NCBI GenBank assembly: GCA_030390025.1
Contig: CM059432.1
Location: 2,666,001-2,730,000, forward strand
Direction of reading: 5' to 3'
DNA: 64,000 nucleotides
Source of the DNA: Squalus acanthias
Taxonomy: Eukaryota
The position numbers and the translations under genes are program-made. Numbering within the stretch: the first letter of the stretch is position 1; each line of letters starts with the position of its first letter. The notes under the pieces were generated by a model. That model saw only the letters and a program-made list of their open reading frames with translations, did no database searches and was not told the DNA's origin. Shown in pieces: positions 60,301 to 64,000 of the stretch.

Positions 60301-60594
60301 GAAAACTCTTTGTATATTGGCCTGAATTTGGCCACAGCGGCAATGGAATGAGTCTGATCTTCTGACAAGCTTAAGAATCGGATGTCCACATGCATTCATC
60401 ATAGAAATTTATGGCACAGAAGGAGGACATTCTGCCCATTGTGTCTGCATTCTACTGGCCAGCTAATTCAGTGATATATAATGAATTTATGTACCATTTT
60501 GTGACCACACAAATTAAGGAACTTCCAAGACTGGCAGATTCTTTGGTTTTATCTACTGTACAAGGAGGGCATCCACAAAATGACCCCTCTTCTT

Positions 60595-62123
60595 AACATA
60601 AGAAGTAGGAGTAGGCCATTTGGCCCTTCGAGCCTGCTCTGCCATTCAACAAGATCATGGCTGATCTTCTACCTCAACTCCACCTTCCCGCACTATCTCC
60701 ATATCCCTTGATTCCCAAAAATTTATCGACCTCTGTCTTGAATATACTCAACGACTAAGCCTCCACAGCGCTCTCGGGTAGAGAATTCCAAAGATTCACA
60801 ACCTGTTGAGTGAAGAAATTGCTCCTCATCTCAGTCCTAAATGGCCTACCCCTGATTCTGAGACTGTGACCCCGTGTTCTAGATTCTCCAACCAGGGGAA
60901 ACATTTTCCCAGCATTAACCCTGTCAAGCCCCTTAAGAATTTTATATGTTTCAATTAGATCACCTCTCATCTAAACTGTAGGGAATATAGGCCTAGTCTA
61001 CTCAATCTCTCTTCATAGGGCAACCCCCCCAATCCCAGGAACCAGTCTAGTGAACCTTCGTTGCACTCCCTCTACAAGTATGTTTTCCTGAGGTAGGGAG
61101 ATCAGAACTGTACACAGTACCCCAGGAGTGGCCTCACCAAGGCCCTCTATAATTGTAGTACGACTTCTTTACTCTTATACTCTAATCCCTTTGTAACAAA
61201 AGCTAACATACCATTTGCTTTCCTAATTGCTTGCTGTACCTGCATGTTAACTTTGTGATTCATGTACAAGGGCACCAAGGTCCCTCTGAACACCATTTAA
61301 AAAATATTCTGCTTTTTTGTTTTTCCTACCAAAGTGGATAACTTCACACTTCCCCACATTGTATTCCATTTGCCATGTTCTTGCCCACTCAGTCAACCTG
61401 TCTATATCTCTCTGCAGCCTCTTTGCGTCCTCCTCACAGATTACTTTCCCACCTAACTTTGTATCAGCAAACTTGGATACGTTAAACTCAGTTCCTTCAT
61501 CTAAGTCGTTAATATAGATTGTAAATAGCTGAGGCCCCAACACTGATCCTTGCGGCACCCCACTAGTTACAGCCTGCCAACCTGAAAAAGATCAGTTTAT
61601 CCCTACTCTTTGTTTTCTGTCCGTTAACCAATCCTCCATCCATGCTACTATATTACCCCCAACCCCATGAGCCCTAATCTTGTGTAATAACCTTTTATGT
61701 GGCACCTTATCGAATGCCTTTTGGAAATCCAAATATACTACATCCACTGGTTCTCCTTTATCTACCCTGCTAGTTACGTCCTCAAACTCTAATAAATTTG
61801 TCAAACACGATTTTCCTACAAGGTTATTAATTATTAATTAACCCTTTCTCATTGCACAATACTAGATGTAAAATAGCCTGTTCACTATTTGGTTCCTCAA
61901 CATACTGATCTAGAAAACTGTCTTGTATACATTCCATGAATTTGTCCTCCACACTATGACTGTAAATTTGGTTTGCCTTGTCTATATGTAGCTAAAAGTC
62001 CCCTATGATGTTTGTATTATCCTTGTTACGTGCGCCTCTAATTTCCTGATTTATACTCTGCTCTACATTACAACTACTGTTTGGGAGCCTATAAACAACT
62101 CCCACCAATGTTTCTGCCCCTCT
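60595..62123 (-). mobile_element. CR1 LINE with RT and an EN remnant, large internal deletion
   Basis: Peptides GVVYRLPNS..IIGDF (EN), TNLLE..VYLDFQKAFDKVPH and PQGSVLGP (RT); C-terminus and tail. Confidence 0.92.
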
Positions 62124-62199
62124 TCTAATGAGAATGCAGTGGCCTGGAAAGGTTTGCCATTTATAGTTGGGTAAATGAAAGACTTGATGCAATAACATA

Positions 62200-63368
62200 C
62201 AAGGAGGCTATTTGGCCCCTAACACCTGTGCCGGCTCTTTTGAAAGAGCTGTCCAATTTAGTGTCACACCCAGCTTTTTCCCCATAACGCTGCAAATTAG
62301 TCCTCTTCAAGTACATGTCCAATAGCCTTTTGAAAGTTGCTATGCAATCTGATTCCACCACCCTTTCAGGTCGTCATTCCAGATCTTAACAACCCTGTGT
62401 GTGAAGAGATTTCTCCTCATTTCCCCTCTAGTTCTTCTGCCATTTATTTTAAATCTGTGACCTCTGGTTACCGACCCCACTTGCCAAAGGAAATAGATTC
62501 TCCCCACTTGCTTGATCAAAAAGCCTCATCATTTTGAACGCATCTGTTAGGTCTCCCCTTAACCTTTTCTGCTCTAAGGAGAACAATCCCAGCTTCTCCA
62601 ACCTCTCCACATAACTGAAGTCCCTCATCCCTGTTATCAGTCTGGTAAACCTCCTCTGCGCCCTCTCCACGGTCTTGACATCCTTCCTAAAGTGTGGTGC
62701 CCAGAATTGGACACAACACTCCAGCTGAGGCCGAACCAGAGATTTGTAAAGGTTTAGCACGACTTCCTTATTTTTGTATTCAGTGCCCCTATTTACAAAG
62801 CCAGGTACCCCATAGGCTTTCTTAACCGCCTTATCAGCTTGCCCTGCCACCTTGAAAGATTTGTGAAGATGCACCCCCAGGACCCTCTGCTCTTTCACCC
62901 CCCCCCCCCCCCCTCAAAATACCATTTAGATTATACTGCCTCTCCATGTTGTATCTCCCAAAGTGCACCACTTCACACTTCTCCCCATTAAACTGCATCC
63001 GCCGTGTGTCTGCCCATTTCACCAGTCTCTCCCCATTTCACCAGTCTCTCTCTCTGTCCTCTTGAAGTCTGCTACTGTCCTGCTCACTTTTTACTACATT
63101 GCCAAATTCTGTATCATCTGCAAACTTTGAAATTGTGCTCCCTTTACCCAAGTCCCAGGTCATTTATATATAACAGGAAAAGCAATGGTCCTCATACCGA
63201 CCCTTTGGTGACCCCACTGCATACTTCTCTCCAGTCAGAGAAGCATCCCTTCACCTCGACTCTCTGCCCCCTTTCCTCAGCCAACCACATACCCAGGTTA
63301 CCGCCGTCCCTTTAACACCATGTGCTTCTATATTCTGAATAAGTCTCGTTATGAAGTACTTTATCAAA
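62200..63368 (-). mobile_element. CR1 LINE RT C-terminus and 3' UTR
   Basis: ORF 62449-62898: LVRPQLECCVQFWAPHFRKDV..LFSLEQKRLRGDL. Confidence 0.9.
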
Positions 63369-63514
63369 TTTCAGATATGATCTTGGAACTATCCTGAATT
63401 TCCTGCCTGGATCAGTGCTGATGCTTTGTAATCAGTCAATAAGCTGAGTATCAGACTCTGAACATTCTTTACGCTGAAAGAGAATTTGTCAATATTTTAA
63501 GGATAGAAAAAGAA

Positions 63515-63735
63515 AGGCTTGCATTTCTATAGCGCCTTTCACGACCTTGGGACGTCCCAAAGCGCCTTACTGCCAATGAAGTACGTTTTTATTTTGAAGT
63601 GTAATGTAGGACGTGCGGCAGCCGATTCCTACATTACAACAGTGACGATACGTCAAAAAGTACTTGGTTGGCTTTAAAGCGTTTTGGAACATCCTGATAT
63701 TGTGATAGGTGCTATACGTGTATAAAATGTAAGTT
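63515..63735. mobile_element. Two Deu-SINE 3' tails in inverted orientation
   Basis: Minus-strand tail cttgcatttctatagcgcctttcacgacc followed by plus-strand cctacattacaacagtgac...aaagcgttttgg. Confidence 0.7.
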
Positions 63736-64000
63736 CTTTAGGTAGGGAAGCCTGTGAGATCAGTATAGCTCCCATAGGACAAAAAGAGAACTCTTTAAAA
63801 AGATGGGTTTTTTCTCCCTTATTTGGATCATGGTTTTATAGATAATGGGTTGAGCTATTTTCAAGCACTGAACAGCTAACTGGTGAGTAGTCTGGCATTC
63901 ACCAGATATAGACAAGGCATGAGATTTTACCGTTAACCCCACACATAGACGCATGTGTATCCGAAATGGCCACCAAGATATGAGGCATATTATCTGCATT

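Overview
Eukaryotic (vertebrate) genomic DNA, most likely from a cartilaginous fish, judging from the shark-type CR1/L2 LINEs, Deu-domain SINEs and a V-SINE. The whole window lies inside one + strand protein-coding gene, TAF4B (TFIID subunit). Five phase-compatible GT-AG exons (1360-1495, 2946-3066, 23526-23695, 48561-48691, 55950-56075) encode the linker and the start of the C-terminal histone-fold region, and the gene runs off both ends. The introns are dense with decayed, often nested retroelements (CR1, L2, a third CR1-group LINE, three SINE families, Penelope-like remnants), a small hAT-type MITE family with 8-bp TSDs and a possible solo LTR. A ~15.6 kb pyrimidine-strand compound satellite (26267-41835) fills most of one intron. 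Best leads: (i) minimal hammerhead-ribozyme motifs in the Penelope-like remnants; (ii) the satellite, whose sense strand carries ~450 branch-point-like CTGAC plus pyrimidine-tract units with almost no AG; (iii) the MITE family; (iv) SINE-LINE tail pairings and nested insertions. There is no prokaryotic-type system (CRISPR, operon), and the giant ORFs in the track are repeat artefacts.
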